64,000 nucleotides of DNA from Candidatus Woesebacteria bacterium GW2011_GWF1_31_35 (lineage in GTDB: Bacteria; Patescibacteriota; Microgenomatia; UBA8517): contig CP011214.1 in assembly GCA_001029755.1 (NCBI GenBank), positions 429,767 to 493,766 on the forward strand, given 5' to 3'. Positions 19,446 through 29,860 of the stretch are shown piece by piece. A model generated the notes under the pieces. It did no database searches and was not told where the DNA came from. It saw only the letters and a list, made by a program, of their open reading frames with translations. Each line of letters opens with the position of its first letter. The stretch's first letter is position 1. The position numbers and the translations under genes were made by a program.

Positions 19446-19721
19446 TATATTTTTTATAATATTACTAGTTAAAATAGATCATCAGATAAAAACTAAAAAA
19501 TAATTAATTTTTTTAGAAATCAACCGGAATTGGTGTGGGTATTGTGTGAGCATGTATTATTAAGTGTAAAGTATCCAATTTATTAAAACAAATTCATCAA
19601 AAAAGCAAATAAAAAGAGGATTAGTTTTTAAATTATAAAAAAACACATAATCCTCTCTTTTTCAGCTACATACTATCTGCGGGTAGAAAAATAGAACATA
19701 CGACACTACTGTCTAAACAAA

Positions 19722-19865
19722 CTATACCACAGGAAATGGTTCAGAAACAAGTATAGGATCATATGGAAATGGTGGAACCTCTCTCTTTGCTGCTAAGACG
19801 TCAGTCTTGGTACCTAAAATAAATAATGCTGTAAATAACATAGCTACTAAAATTGCTTTTTTCAA
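19722..19865 (-). CDS. Small secreted proline-rich peptide (TTG start), hypothetical
   Basis: 47 codons. Strong SD (GGGGGTGA) 6 nt upstream of TTG. N-terminal signal peptide KKAILVAMLFTALFILGTKTDVLA followed by AKREVPPFPYDPILVSEPFPVV. Confidence 0.3.
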   Translation of the reverse strand: MKKAILVAMLFTALFILGTKTDVLAAKREVPPFPYDPILVSEPFPVV

Positions 19866-20039
19866 TTTAAATCACCCCCTTGCATATTACTATATGATAG
19901 TACATTTTAAATTATTAATAAGTCAAGACATAAAAAACAAATGTTAGTTTTAATAAAATTATGTTACGCAATAATTGTATTTAAAGATTTTATTATCTAT
20001 CTATTTTAGAAAATTGTTAATTATGTTATAAATAAATAA

Positions 20040-21344
20040 ATGGAAAATGTTCCTAGAGAAACAGAAACAATAGCTGCTAAAAGATCTCTAAGGCTAGCTG
20101 AAAAGATTAGGAATGCTAGAGGAAGGATAACTGTTACTAATTCATGGTGGAACACTCAAGGGTTTGAATTTCTATTACTTCTAATAATTTTTTTATTTAA
20201 TGTATTTTCAATCTATTTCTATTTTGGAACTGCAACAAGTAGTGATACCTTCTTTTCAGGTCCAATAATTCCTTTAATGGCAAAGTTTTTTACAATTTTT
20301 AAAATACCTCTTTCTTACGCGTTTCAAATAGTAAACATTATATTTTTTGTTAGTTTTCCCTTTACTCTTTATTTTTTGATAAAAGAAGTAACAGGTAGAA
20401 AAATAATTGCCTTTATGTCAATTTTAATCGCAAGTTTACCCTTTTATCCATTTGCCCAGGTTAGGGTACTTTCTGCCCTAAATGGAATAGATAGTGCACA
20501 CGTAGCTAGTCTTACAATCACATCTCTTGCGCTTTTAGCCCTTTTTTCATTTTTAAAGGATGGTGGAGCAAAAAATTTGTTCAAATCAAGTTTAACAGCT
20601 TCATTAATTGCACTTATCTCGCCATTTGGTTTTACAACTTTTTTGATTTTTTCTGTAATTTTAACTTTTTCTGAAATGCTTTTAGGTGGGGGAAGACTTA
20701 AATTTTTTAGATTTTTGAGTATGCTCTTTTTTACAGGAACACTTGTTGCTTTTTGGTATAACCCCAGTTTTTCTTTTTGGATATTAACAGGAGATTTGGG
20801 TGAAGAAGTAAGAAGAACATTTACAAAACTTATTCCACTATCTTTTTTTGCTATTCCTGCAATTGCTGTTTTTGGATATCTTCTTTTTGACAGAAAGCCT
20901 AGTTTGCAGCCTGTATTTTTAGCAAGCTTTTTTACAATTGCATTTATTCTAATTTCATTTGCAGGGGGTGGAATTTTTCCATCACACCCTTCAAGATACA
21001 TTCCAGAACTTGGAATATCATTATCTTACTTAATTAGTGTAGTTTTATTAAAAGCATATGAAAGTTTACCTTTCTTTAAAACTCACAGGCCTGTTGCAAA
21101 GGTAATTTTAACCATTATGTTTTTAAGCCTTGGCTTAGGAATTATTTTAGGTTCAAGTAATCTTGCCCCAAAGGAAGATGTTTTAGGAATTTGGACAGGA
21201 ATTGAAAAAGGGACATTATGGAGAGAAAAGGAAAGATTTAATGGTATAAGTTCAGCTATTGGATATTTAGTTTCAACTGCTAGTTTATTTTTTCTAACCT
21301 TCCTCTATACTAAAAATTCAAAGCAGGTAAGTGTTACAAGTTAA
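20040..21344 (+). CDS. Polytopic membrane protein (possible GT-C-like), hypothetical
   Basis: 434 aa. About 11 TM helices. No recognisable catalytic motif. Confidence 0.45.
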   Translation: MENVPRETETIAAKRSLRLAEKIRNARGRITVTNSWWNTQGFEFLLLLIIFLFNVFSIYFYFGTATSSDTFFSGPIIPLMAKFFTIFKIPLSYAFQIVNIIFFVSFPFTLYFLIKEVTGRKIIAFMSILIASLPFYPFAQVRVLSALNGIDSAHVASLTITSLALLALFSFLKDGGAKNLFKSSLTASLIALISPFGFTTFLIFSVILTFSEMLLGGGRLKFFRFLSMLFFTGTLVAFWYNPSFSFWILTGDLGEEVRRTFTKLIPLSFFAIPAIAVFGYLLFDRKPSLQPVFLASFFTIAFILISFAGGGIFPSHPSRYIPELGISLSYLISVVLLKAYESLPFFKTHRPVAKVILTIMFLSLGLGIILGSSNLAPKEDVLGIWTGIEKGTLWREKERFNGISSAIGYLVSTASLFFLTFLYTKNSKQVSVTS

Positions 21345-21377
21345 TAAATTAAAAAATAAATTATTTATTCTAATAAT

Positions 21378-22619
21378 ATGAATTCAAGATCGAAAATAAC
21401 CAAAATTGCAGTTTTTCATTCAGGATTTATTTATACAGGAGGAGGAGAAAGGATAGTAATGGAAGAGGTTAAGGGTTTAAGAGAAAAAGGATACATCGTT
21501 GATTTATTTGTTCCAAACTATGACCCTACTTTAAGTTATCCTGACATAATAGGTAAATGGAAAGTAAAAACTTTTATTCCACAACTGCCTCGTAATTTTC
21601 CCTTAAGGTTTGCAATCCAACTTGTAATAAGTTGTTTGGCTGCTCCATTTATCGCTGGTAGATTTAAAAAATATGATGTGTTTTTAGGAGCAAATCAACC
21701 TGGTGCATATATGGCTTGGGTAATTACCAAGATATTAAAAAAGCCTTATTTTGTTTACCTTAGCCAGCCTAATAGAGTACTTTATCCAAGAGATCATGAA
21801 GATTGGCAAAATGTAAAAGATTATTACTTTTTAAGTAAAATCATTAACTCAATTTTTAGAAAAGTAGTTATTTTTCTTGATACAAAATCAATTACTGAAA
21901 GTGAAAACCTTTTAATAAATGGCAAGTTTGTTGCCAAAGAAATAATAAAAATTTATGGCCCCAGTAAATGGACAGATTGCCCAGGCGGGGCAAAACCAGG
22001 GGCTAAAAGTATATTATCTATTAATAGAATGATAGGACAGATTGAAATAAACGGTCACACTCCTCAAAAACCATATATTTTATATACCTCACGTCATGAA
22101 CCTTGGAAAAGATTTGATTGGGCAATAGAAGTTATGAGTAAAGTAATTAAAAAATATCCTGATGTAAGATTGGTTATTCCTGGAGCTTCGACAACAGTTA
22201 CTCCAAAATTAAAGTTACTTTCTGAAAAATTAGGAATTGCTGATAGAGTTATCTTTACGGGTACCATTAAGGATAAATCACTTTTTGATCTTTATCAAAA
22301 TGCATATACCTATATTTTTACATCCCCAAAAGAAGATTTAGGGGTTGTTGTTGAAGAAGCTCAGGCTGCAGGTACCCCAGTTGTAGCTTGGAATGCAGGA
22401 GGACCTACTGTTACAGTTGTTGATGGTAAAACTGGATTTCTCTGCACTCCCTTTAACAAAAATGAAATGGCGGGAAAGATAGTTGATCTTTTAAATAATC
22501 CCAAAATTAGAGACAAGATGGGAAATGATGCCTGGAAACATATTAAGGACAATTTTTCTTGGAAAAAACATGTAAATATAATAGAGAAGTTGTTTTTATT
22601 AAAATTATTTGATAATTAA
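21378..22619 (+). CDS. GT4-family (GT-B fold) glycosyltransferase
   Basis: 413 aa. C-terminal Glycos_transf_1 signature FTSPKEDLGVVVEEAQAAGTPVVAWNAGGP...DGKTGFL (EX7E motif). Confidence 0.85.
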   Translation: MNSRSKITKIAVFHSGFIYTGGGERIVMEEVKGLREKGYIVDLFVPNYDPTLSYPDIIGKWKVKTFIPQLPRNFPLRFAIQLVISCLAAPFIAGRFKKYDVFLGANQPGAYMAWVITKILKKPYFVYLSQPNRVLYPRDHEDWQNVKDYYFLSKIINSIFRKVVIFLDTKSITESENLLINGKFVAKEIIKIYGPSKWTDCPGGAKPGAKSILSINRMIGQIEINGHTPQKPYILYTSRHEPWKRFDWAIEVMSKVIKKYPDVRLVIPGASTTVTPKLKLLSEKLGIADRVIFTGTIKDKSLFDLYQNAYTYIFTSPKEDLGVVVEEAQAAGTPVVAWNAGGPTVTVVDGKTGFLCTPFNKNEMAGKIVDLLNNPKIRDKMGNDAWKHIKDNFSWKKHVNIIEKLFLLKLFDN

Positions 22620-22698
22620 ATTGTTAAATATAGATTCACCTATTCTTCTTGCTGATAGTATTATTAAGTTATATTTGATAAATTAATAATTAGAAAAT

Positions 22699-24285
22699 AT
22701 GGTTAATATTTTTGATAAAGTCTTAGGAAGCGAAGATGATTTAGAAGTTAGTCCTAGTGAATTAGAAAAAAGAGAAACAGTAAAAGTCAAATTTAATTGG
22801 AATAATTTAATTTTACCCTCTTTAATTTTTTTAATAGCAATAATTGTTAGACTTTTATATACATTTGTCTTTAGTAATCCTAATTTTCCAGGTTGGTATA
22901 CTGATGTATTTCATCATTGGCAAATTGCATATCTTTCAAAAGAAATAGGCTTTCATCAAGGATTTCTAAGGCTTTGGGATTTTAAAGGAATGGAGTTTTT
23001 TTGGGGACTTTTACATCCTTTAGTTTTAGTTATTCTCTTTTCAATCACAGGATCAATTAGCATTATAATTCCAAGACTTCTTTCAATTTTTGGAGGTTCA
23101 CTATCAATTGCCCTACTTTTTATTCTTATTAAAAGACACTTTAATCAAAAAACTGCAATAGCGGTTTCTCTTTTTGCAATATTTTTCCCAATAACCATCT
23201 TTAGTAATTCAGCTGGTATGCAGGAAGAACTTGGTATGCCACTTATTTTAGGAGCTTTAATTGCATTTCCGAGTTATCCAATTGTCTCCGGGGTTTTTCT
23301 TTCTTTTGCTTCAATGGTAAGAGCTGAATATTGGATATTTAGTTTTGGTTTAATTTTAGCTTCTCTATTTTTAAGAAAAAATATGGATAAAGTAATTTTA
23401 ATGGTTATTTCATATCTTATTCCGATTGTTTTTTATATGAAATATTTAATTAATTGGACAGGTAGTTTTATTTTTCCAATAAAACTTAATTTTTTTGCTT
23501 CAGTTAGAGGAGATTGGTTTGAAGACTTACCTATAATTGGAGCCAAACTTATAGCTAAAAGAATTTCTCAAGGGATATTTGGATTTGGAGTTTTAGGAGC
23601 TTTAATTACTTTAATTAAAAAACCTAAAGCTTCGCTACTTTTGTTATTTGGATTTGGAAACATAATCTTTATTGGTTTTATGATTGGTTTTGGAGCTTAT
23701 GTTAAAGGTTATATTCCAAGGTTTTGGGTTGACAGACTTTATAATTGGCCATATTTATTTACGGCGATTTTAATAATTATTTTTCTTTTTTATTGGATTC
23801 CAAATAAGTTTCAAAAGTTAAAAGTTACTTCAGAAGTTTTTGCTTGGTTGATTTTAGCTTTTGGAATTTTAATAAGTCAATTAATTTGGAAACCAATTAA
23901 CTTTTTTATGCAACCGGTTGAAGAAATTTATAATTCAGAAAAACTTCAAGCTAAAGATATTGCTAATTATTATGAAGGGGGAGGTATTTTACTACCTGAG
24001 GATAGGCCATATATAACATACTTTTTAGCACATGATTATAAAATTGAAGGTAAAAACATGGTCGGACAAATGTTTGATCCATTTTTCTATTTTACTAATA
24101 AAGAAGAACCTTTTAATAATTGGGGAGAGGATAGAGAAGTTGTTATTAATTGGTTAGAGAAGAATGATATCAAATTAATTGTTTTAACTACCAATAAACC
24201 AACTTATTTAGGTTTGATTGAAAGAGAACCTGATCTTTTTACAAAACTGCCTTCAGAGTCGGTCAAGTTATATAGATTTAAATAA
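22699..24285 (+). CDS. Polytopic membrane protein with C-terminal soluble domain, hypothetical
   Basis: 528 aa. About 12 TM helices, then a ~130-aa hydrophilic tail. Confidence 0.45.
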   Translation: MVNIFDKVLGSEDDLEVSPSELEKRETVKVKFNWNNLILPSLIFLIAIIVRLLYTFVFSNPNFPGWYTDVFHHWQIAYLSKEIGFHQGFLRLWDFKGMEFFWGLLHPLVLVILFSITGSISIIIPRLLSIFGGSLSIALLFILIKRHFNQKTAIAVSLFAIFFPITIFSNSAGMQEELGMPLILGALIAFPSYPIVSGVFLSFASMVRAEYWIFSFGLILASLFLRKNMDKVILMVISYLIPIVFYMKYLINWTGSFIFPIKLNFFASVRGDWFEDLPIIGAKLIAKRISQGIFGFGVLGALITLIKKPKASLLLLFGFGNIIFIGFMIGFGAYVKGYIPRFWVDRLYNWPYLFTAILIIIFLFYWIPNKFQKLKVTSEVFAWLILAFGILISQLIWKPINFFMQPVEEIYNSEKLQAKDIANYYEGGGILLPEDRPYITYFLAHDYKIEGKNMVGQMFDPFFYFTNKEEPFNNWGEDREVVINWLEKNDIKLIVLTTNKPTYLGLIEREPDLFTKLPSESVKLYRFK

Positions 24286-24316
24286 ATAATTTATTATCAT
24301 AAGCTTTTAAAATTAA

Positions 24317-25129
24317 ATGGCAGGGTATAAATTTGATTATGAAACAAAAGTTTGGGGAGGAGAAAAACTTCGGGTAAGCCCTATCCATTTTCGTGCCTCA
24401 AGACTTTATTTTGCATTACAGGAATTAAAGAATAAAAAAGGAAAACTTTTAGATGTTGGTTGTGGGGCAGGGGATTTTATTGAAGCTTTTTCTTTTTATC
24501 TTCCTAAACTTGATTTTACTGGAATTGATATTTCTAAAAAAGCTATTGACAGGGCAAAATCAAGAAAAATAAAAGCTAAATTTTTAGTATCAGGGGCCGA
24601 GAAACTTCCTTTTAAAAATAATTCTTTTGACATGGTTACCTGTTTTGATGTTTTAGAACATGTCAAAAATCCTACTCAAATGATTAAAGAAATGTATAGA
24701 GTACTTAAGGTCGGTGGAACATTTTATGCATTTATTCCAACTGAAGATAATATCTTTTCTCCAGAAGGCTTATTAATTAAATTAGGTTGGAAAGCAAAAG
24801 AAATCTATGGAGGTCATCCCCATCACTATAATAGAGAGTATGTTTTAAAATTATTGAAAGCTGCTGGTTTTAGGATTAATAAAATAAAGTATGGAGAACA
24901 TTTTACAAACCAAATAATTGAAATTTTTTATTTTTCTTATCTTTCGATTAGGGGAAAAAATACAGACGTTACTGTAGAAGGTTACCTTGCAAAAAATAAA
25001 AAGGGTTTTGGTGTATATATTCTTAACTTAATAAAAAATTTCTTTTCTACTATTTCCTATTTTGAAGCAAGACTACTATGTAATCTATCTGGGGGATTGG
25101 GAATTCATCTTACATGTACAAAAAAATGA
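24317..25129 (+). CDS. Class I SAM-dependent methyltransferase
   Basis: 270 aa. Motif I LLDVGCGAGDF. Acidic loop DIS. Motif post-I FDMVTCFDVLEHV. Confidence 0.8.
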   Translation: MAGYKFDYETKVWGGEKLRVSPIHFRASRLYFALQELKNKKGKLLDVGCGAGDFIEAFSFYLPKLDFTGIDISKKAIDRAKSRKIKAKFLVSGAEKLPFKNNSFDMVTCFDVLEHVKNPTQMIKEMYRVLKVGGTFYAFIPTEDNIFSPEGLLIKLGWKAKEIYGGHPHHYNREYVLKLLKAAGFRINKIKYGEHFTNQIIEIFYFSYLSIRGKNTDVTVEGYLAKNKKGFGVYILNLIKNFFSTISYFEARLLCNLSGGLGIHLTCTKK

Positions 25130-25962
25130 ACTTTACATTAACACAAGGAAAATTCTATGATAAGCATCCAGTCTTTTTACCTTGGTCTCAAGTTTTAATT
25201 AAGCATAATTTAAAATTACTTTATAGGCTAAAAGAAATATATATTAAAAAGGATCTAGATAAACTTGGGATGAAAAAAGGAAGCAGTGTTCTGGAAGTTG
25301 GTTCTGGACAGGGGATATTCTTAAATAGATTATCTAGCTACTATAATGTTATAGCTTTAGGTGTCGATGTGTCGGATGATTCTATTAAATATGCAAACAA
25401 ATACTGTTCAGATAATAATTTGAAATTTATCAAAGCTAGTGCAACAAACCTTCCTTTTAAAGATAAAAATTTTGATACCATTGTCAGTTTTGATACTATG
25501 GAACATGTTAAAAATCAAAACAAAATGCTTTCTGAGATTATTCGCGTTTTAAAGCAAAATGGAAAATTTCTTGTCTATACACTTAATAGCAAGGATGATT
25601 TCACCTTGGATTGGTTTTGGGCAAAGATCGGTTTTGATATTTATAAAAGGGCAATGCATAAAAGAGAACTTTTTGTCGATTCACATAAAATGATAAATGA
25701 CCTAAAAGATATGGGAATTAAATCTTTAAAGATTAATTATTATGGAGGTTTATTTACTATTGGTTTTGATGAAATTCTTATGGTCTTTCTATTAGTTTTA
25801 GGTAAGCTCGGACTTTTCAAATATGATTTATTGGGAGAAGTAATTTTTTATGTCTTAGATAAACTTTCAAGGATTATTTATCCAGCATTTAATTATTTAG
25901 ATAGTTTTTGGTATAAGAAAGGATACTCACTTGGTTTTTCAGTTAGTGGGACTAAAGAATGA
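25114..25962 (+). CDS. Class I SAM-dependent methyltransferase
   Basis: 282 aa. Motif I VLEVGSGQGIF. FDTIVSFDTMEHV. Overlaps the upstream MTase by 16 nt. Confidence 0.8.
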   Translation: MYKKMNFTLTQGKFYDKHPVFLPWSQVLIKHNLKLLYRLKEIYIKKDLDKLGMKKGSSVLEVGSGQGIFLNRLSSYYNVIALGVDVSDDSIKYANKYCSDNNLKFIKASATNLPFKDKNFDTIVSFDTMEHVKNQNKMLSEIIRVLKQNGKFLVYTLNSKDDFTLDWFWAKIGFDIYKRAMHKRELFVDSHKMINDLKDMGIKSLKINYYGGLFTIGFDEILMVFLLVLGKLGLFKYDLLGEVIFYVLDKLSRIIYPAFNYLDSFWYKKGYSLGFSVSGTKE

Positions 25963-27203
25963 AAAATAAAAAATTAAAAATAGCTATTTTTCATTTAGCC
26001 TTTTTTTATTCGGGAGGTGGGGAAAGACTTGTTTTAGAGGAGATTAAAGGTTTAAAACTAAAAGGACATAAAGTAACCTGCTACTCACCAGTTGTTTATG
26101 AAAATCTTTGTTTTCCCGATAAAATTAAAAGCTTTGGTATAAAAACAATACTTCCAAGGTTTCCAAGGTTAATTGCTCACCAGGAAACATTAGAAATTTT
26201 ATTGACATGTGTTTTGTTTCCCTTTTTTGCATATAAATTTAAAAATTACGATGTTATTTTAGCAGCCAACCAGCCAAGTGCATGGTTTGCCTTTTGGGTT
26301 AAAAAATTCTTTCAAGTTCCTTATGTTACATATCTTGCTCAGGCAACACGGATTTTATATCCAAGAAAAATTGACAAATCTACAGGTATTTGGATGAAAC
26401 AAAAATCTAGAGTTTTACCCTTATTGGTTAAAATATTTAAACCTATCTTTTGGTGGGCAGATATAATTAGTATTCAAAATTCAGATAAAGTACTAGTTAA
26501 TGGTGATTATGTTGCTGGAATAATAAAAAAAGTTTATGGGGTAAATGTTGTTTCTTGTCCAGCGGGGGCTTGTATTTTAGATAAATCTAAAAATAACCAC
26601 TTTGTAGGTAAAGTAAAAATAAACGACCTAGTAATTGATAAACCATATATTTTAGTTACAAATAGACATTTTCCTCAGAAGAAATTTGAGTATGCGATTA
26701 ATGCTATAGAGGAAATTGTTAGAACAAAACACGATGTAAGATTGGTAATTACGGGGAATGAAACAGAATATACTAAATATTTGAAAGAATTGGTCAAAAA
26801 AAGATCATTGGAAAAAAATATTTTCTTCACAGGTTATGTACCTGAAAATATGTTAAAAGAACTTTATAAGAATGCGACAGTTTATGTCTATACCTCTGCT
26901 GAAGAAGATTTTGGAATGGGTGTTATTGAAGCAATGGCAGCTAGTGTTCCAGTTATCGCTTGGAATAGAGGTGGACCAACTACAACTATTATTAATGGTA
27001 AAACAGGATATCTAATTAAATCTTATGATCAGAAAAAATTTATGACAAAAATTATTAAACTTTTAGTAGATAAAAAATTAAATTCATCTATGAGTATGAA
27101 GGCAAGAATTCATGTTTCAAAAAATTTCACAATAATTAATCATATGAATATTTTAGAAAAGACACTCACCAAGGTAACTAAAGAATTTAGCAAAAATAAA
27201 TAA
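25959..27203 (+). CDS. GT4-family glycosyltransferase (paralog of 21378)
   Basis: 414 aa. The N-terminus KIAIFHLAFFYSGGGERLVLEE parallels 21378 (KIAVFHSGFIYTGGGERIVMEE). C-terminal EX7E motif (SAEEDFGMGVIEAMAASVPVIAW). Confidence 0.85.
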   Translation: MKNKKLKIAIFHLAFFYSGGGERLVLEEIKGLKLKGHKVTCYSPVVYENLCFPDKIKSFGIKTILPRFPRLIAHQETLEILLTCVLFPFFAYKFKNYDVILAANQPSAWFAFWVKKFFQVPYVTYLAQATRILYPRKIDKSTGIWMKQKSRVLPLLVKIFKPIFWWADIISIQNSDKVLVNGDYVAGIIKKVYGVNVVSCPAGACILDKSKNNHFVGKVKINDLVIDKPYILVTNRHFPQKKFEYAINAIEEIVRTKHDVRLVITGNETEYTKYLKELVKKRSLEKNIFFTGYVPENMLKELYKNATVYVYTSAEEDFGMGVIEAMAASVPVIAWNRGGPTTTIINGKTGYLIKSYDQKKFMTKIIKLLVDKKLNSSMSMKARIHVSKNFTIINHMNILEKTLTKVTKEFSKNK

Positions 27204-27208
27204 AAGAG

Positions 27209-28393
27209 TTAAGATAATTCTTTTACACCGAACTTCAATTCTTGACCTATTTTATAGGAAAATTTACTCCAGGAACATTCCTTACAAATCTTAATGGATA
27301 GAATTCGTGCCTTTTCTTTTGCTGATTTTTTGTTCTGAAGGATGTTTATTAATTTTGAATAAATATCTTTGGGACTATTTGGTTTAACTAATAATCCATT
27401 CTTACCAACAATTTCTGCCAAACCAATGTTATTTGTTAATATTGTTGGTATACCGGCGGCTATTGCCTCCGCTGCGGCTTGACCCCACGTATTGCCATTG
27501 TTAACAAAGATAAAAACATCTACATTTTGATAAAGTTTTTTCTTTTCACTTTCTGATAAATATTCTATAAATTCAACATTTTTGGATATCTTTAGTTTAT
27601 TAATATGATTTAATAATTCTACTTTGTAGCTAGGAGAAAAATCAGAACGACCTAAAATAATCAGTTTTACATTTTTTTTAATGATTAACAGTTTTTTAAG
27701 TGCAATAAAAATATCTTCATAACCTCTATATGGTATTAACATTCCCACAGAGAGTAGTGTAAATGTTTTACTTGTTTTGGTTTTTAATAATTTCCTTAAA
27801 TTCATATATTCTTCGACATCTGCGCCATTCGAAAAATTAAAAACTGGTTTATTTAAGTATTTATTAACAATTCGTTGATTAGTTGAATCGTAAACTCCAA
27901 TTTTATTAACTTTTGATAAACCTCTAATAAAAGGAAACGAAAGTATATTATGAATAATATTATTATTATAAGTAAAATAACTAAGTTTTTGGATAGAGGG
28001 TTGGGTATTTAGATACCAAAGAACGTATACATTAGAAGTATTGACTAAATTAAGTAGTAATAAACTCATCATGTCATGAATAACTATTGCATCAAAATTA
28101 TGCATTTTTCTTGAATGGAAAGCCTTATAAAGTAAAAATATGATTAAGAAATATTTCAAAGGATTTTGTCCATTTATAAATCTATTTAAACTCGATTTAT
28201 TCTCATGTTTGTTAATTGTAATTCCTGGACTTATTCTAAAAGATTTTAGTTGTCGATAAATTTCACCATCATAAATTGAAGTAATTAGTTCAACAGAGTT
28301 TTTCTTGGTGTCTAGATGTTTTAAAAGTTGAAGGGCTGTTTTTGTGGTTCCCCCGGCAACATTTAAAAGTTGAACAGACATTAAAACACGCAT
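27209..28393 (-). CDS. GT4-family glycosyltransferase
   Basis: 394 aa. C-terminal FVNNGNTWGQAAAEAIAAGIPTILTNNIGLAEIV (Glycos_transf_1). Confidence 0.8.
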   Translation of the reverse strand: MRVLMSVQLLNVAGGTTKTALQLLKHLDTKKNSVELITSIYDGEIYRQLKSFRISPGITINKHENKSSLNRFINGQNPLKYFLIIFLLYKAFHSRKMHNFDAIVIHDMMSLLLLNLVNTSNVYVLWYLNTQPSIQKLSYFTYNNNIIHNILSFPFIRGLSKVNKIGVYDSTNQRIVNKYLNKPVFNFSNGADVEEYMNLRKLLKTKTSKTFTLLSVGMLIPYRGYEDIFIALKKLLIIKKNVKLIILGRSDFSPSYKVELLNHINKLKISKNVEFIEYLSESEKKKLYQNVDVFIFVNNGNTWGQAAAEAIAAGIPTILTNNIGLAEIVGKNGLLVKPNSPKDIYSKLINILQNKKSAKEKARILSIKICKECSWSKFSYKIGQELKFGVKELS

Positions 28394-28394
28394 A

Positions 28395-28856
28395 TTAGGC
28401 CCTGATCTTTTCTTTTATTTTTGTCGTCGAATTGTTTGTAGTTCTAGGAACATAAATGACTGCAATTTTATGTTTATTTAACCAGTTCGCATTAAAATTC
28501 ATTTGTTTGCAATAATCTCTTTCTATCCAATCCATACCTATAATTACAACATCGGGTTTAACTTTTAGGATTGTTTTTTTTGAATCTTCATTACCAATAT
28601 TGACAATAACTTTATCAATGGATTTAATATTCGAAATAATTTTTTTCCTCTCTTCATATGTCATTATTGGATAGACTTTTTTGAATCTAAAAACAAATTC
28701 ATCAGTATTTAGTGCCACGACAACTTTTCCATGTTTTCCTGCATATCGACGACAATAGTCAAACAATTCCATGTGACCTGTATGGGGGATATCAAAAGTA
28801 CCTCCTGTATATACAATCATTGAAAAACCAGGTATACCTTTTTTTATTCTTTGCAT
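28395..28856 (-). CDS. Cytidylyltransferase-like nucleotidyltransferase (TagD/RfaE-domain-II-like, HxGH motif)
   Basis: 153 aa. GTFDIPHTGH motif and the distal ISS-like region. Size matches glycerol-3-phosphate cytidylyltransferase or heptose-1-P adenylyltransferase domains. Confidence 0.7.
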   Translation of the reverse strand: MQRIKKGIPGFSMIVYTGGTFDIPHTGHMELFDYCRRYAGKHGKVVVALNTDEFVFRFKKVYPIMTYEERKKIISNIKSIDKVIVNIGNEDSKKTILKVKPDVVIIGMDWIERDYCKQMNFNANWLNKHKIAVIYVPRTTNNSTTKIKEKIRA

Positions 28857-28931
28857 TGTTGAATCATTTTTACCATGTTTAATTTGTTGTTACAAGTCCA
28901 AAACAAATAAATTTAGCTTTAGGTTTTATTT

Positions 28932-29777
28932 TTAATTTTTCTTTCCAATATAATAGAATGACGAAGCTAAAATATAGGCGTGCTTTTTCTTTACAAGAAA
29001 TAAATCAAGATATTTTAATGGAAAGATTAACCAGCCTGTTATAAATAGTGTAATACGGTGAAGGAACTTGTTATCAAAAAATGATGCGATAAATTCACGT
29101 AATATCCAGGCAAGTGCCGATGCTGGACCTATTCCTATTCCAGTCTCAACTTCATGGAAATTCTTCATTAAAAATCTTAAACCATCTAACGTTAAACGGT
29201 TATAATCCGATGGACTTGGATGGTATAACTGAAGAAATGGCATACTGATATAAACTAATCCATTAGGAGTTAAAACTCTATTAATTTCTGAGACAGCTTT
29301 TTTAATATCTTTAACATGTTCTAAAACATATTGGCATATTACAAGATCTAAAGAATTGTCCTTAAAAGGCAAACTTGTAATATCCGCTACAATATCTATA
29401 TCCATGTCAGGATTAATATCAAGATTAATCACTTTTTTAGATTTAATTTCAGATCCAATACTTAAAGCAATACCATTTTTAGGTAACTTTCGAATTAAGG
29501 AGTTTTCTTTATTTACAATTCTTAAAGTATCGGATGGAGGAAATAAAGATTTAATAAATTTATTTTCTTCAAAATTAAAACGAGAGTCTTTGGCTGTTTT
29601 TATATTTTTAGCATCTTCCTTAAGTTGAGTTTTAGTTATTAATATAGGAATATTATTTTTGTAACTATAGACACTGCCACATTTTTGACATTTCAGTTCA
29701 TTTGTTGATTTTAGAGTTTTACCACAACAAGGCGATTGTAATATTTTTACAAATAACTTATCATTTTTCATCCTCAT
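28932..29777 (-). CDS. SAM-dependent methyltransferase with N-terminal Trm112-like zinc ribbon
   Basis: 281 aa. N-terminal CCGK...CQKCGSVYSYKNNIPIL. MTase core LDINPDMDIDIVADITSLPF...LDLVICQYVLEHV. Confidence 0.7.
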   Translation of the reverse strand: MRMKNDKLFVKILQSPCCGKTLKSTNELKCQKCGSVYSYKNNIPILITKTQLKEDAKNIKTAKDSRFNFEENKFIKSLFPPSDTLRIVNKENSLIRKLPKNGIALSIGSEIKSKKVINLDINPDMDIDIVADITSLPFKDNSLDLVICQYVLEHVKDIKKAVSEINRVLTPNGLVYISMPFLQLYHPSPSDYNRLTLDGLRFLMKNFHEVETGIGIGPASALAWILREFIASFFDNKFLHRITLFITGWLIFPLKYLDLFLVKKKHAYILASSFYYIGKKN

Positions 29778-29860
29778 ATTATATATAAATACTTCCTTTA
29801 TTGATATACAATTGGATTTAAATAAAATAATATAAAATTATTAATATTTCCAATTTCAAT

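Noticed and set aside
19612-19665. Inverted repeat AGAGGATTA…TAATCCTCT as terminator of the 16536 gene
   Set aside because: The loop is about 26 nt, and it lies 170 nt downstream of the stop. It is mentioned only as a possible terminator for the small minus-strand peptide gene.
20444-21001. 185-aa antisense ORF inside the 20040 membrane protein gene
   Set aside because: No domain. It lies opposite a long TM-rich CDS and is a typical antisense artefact.
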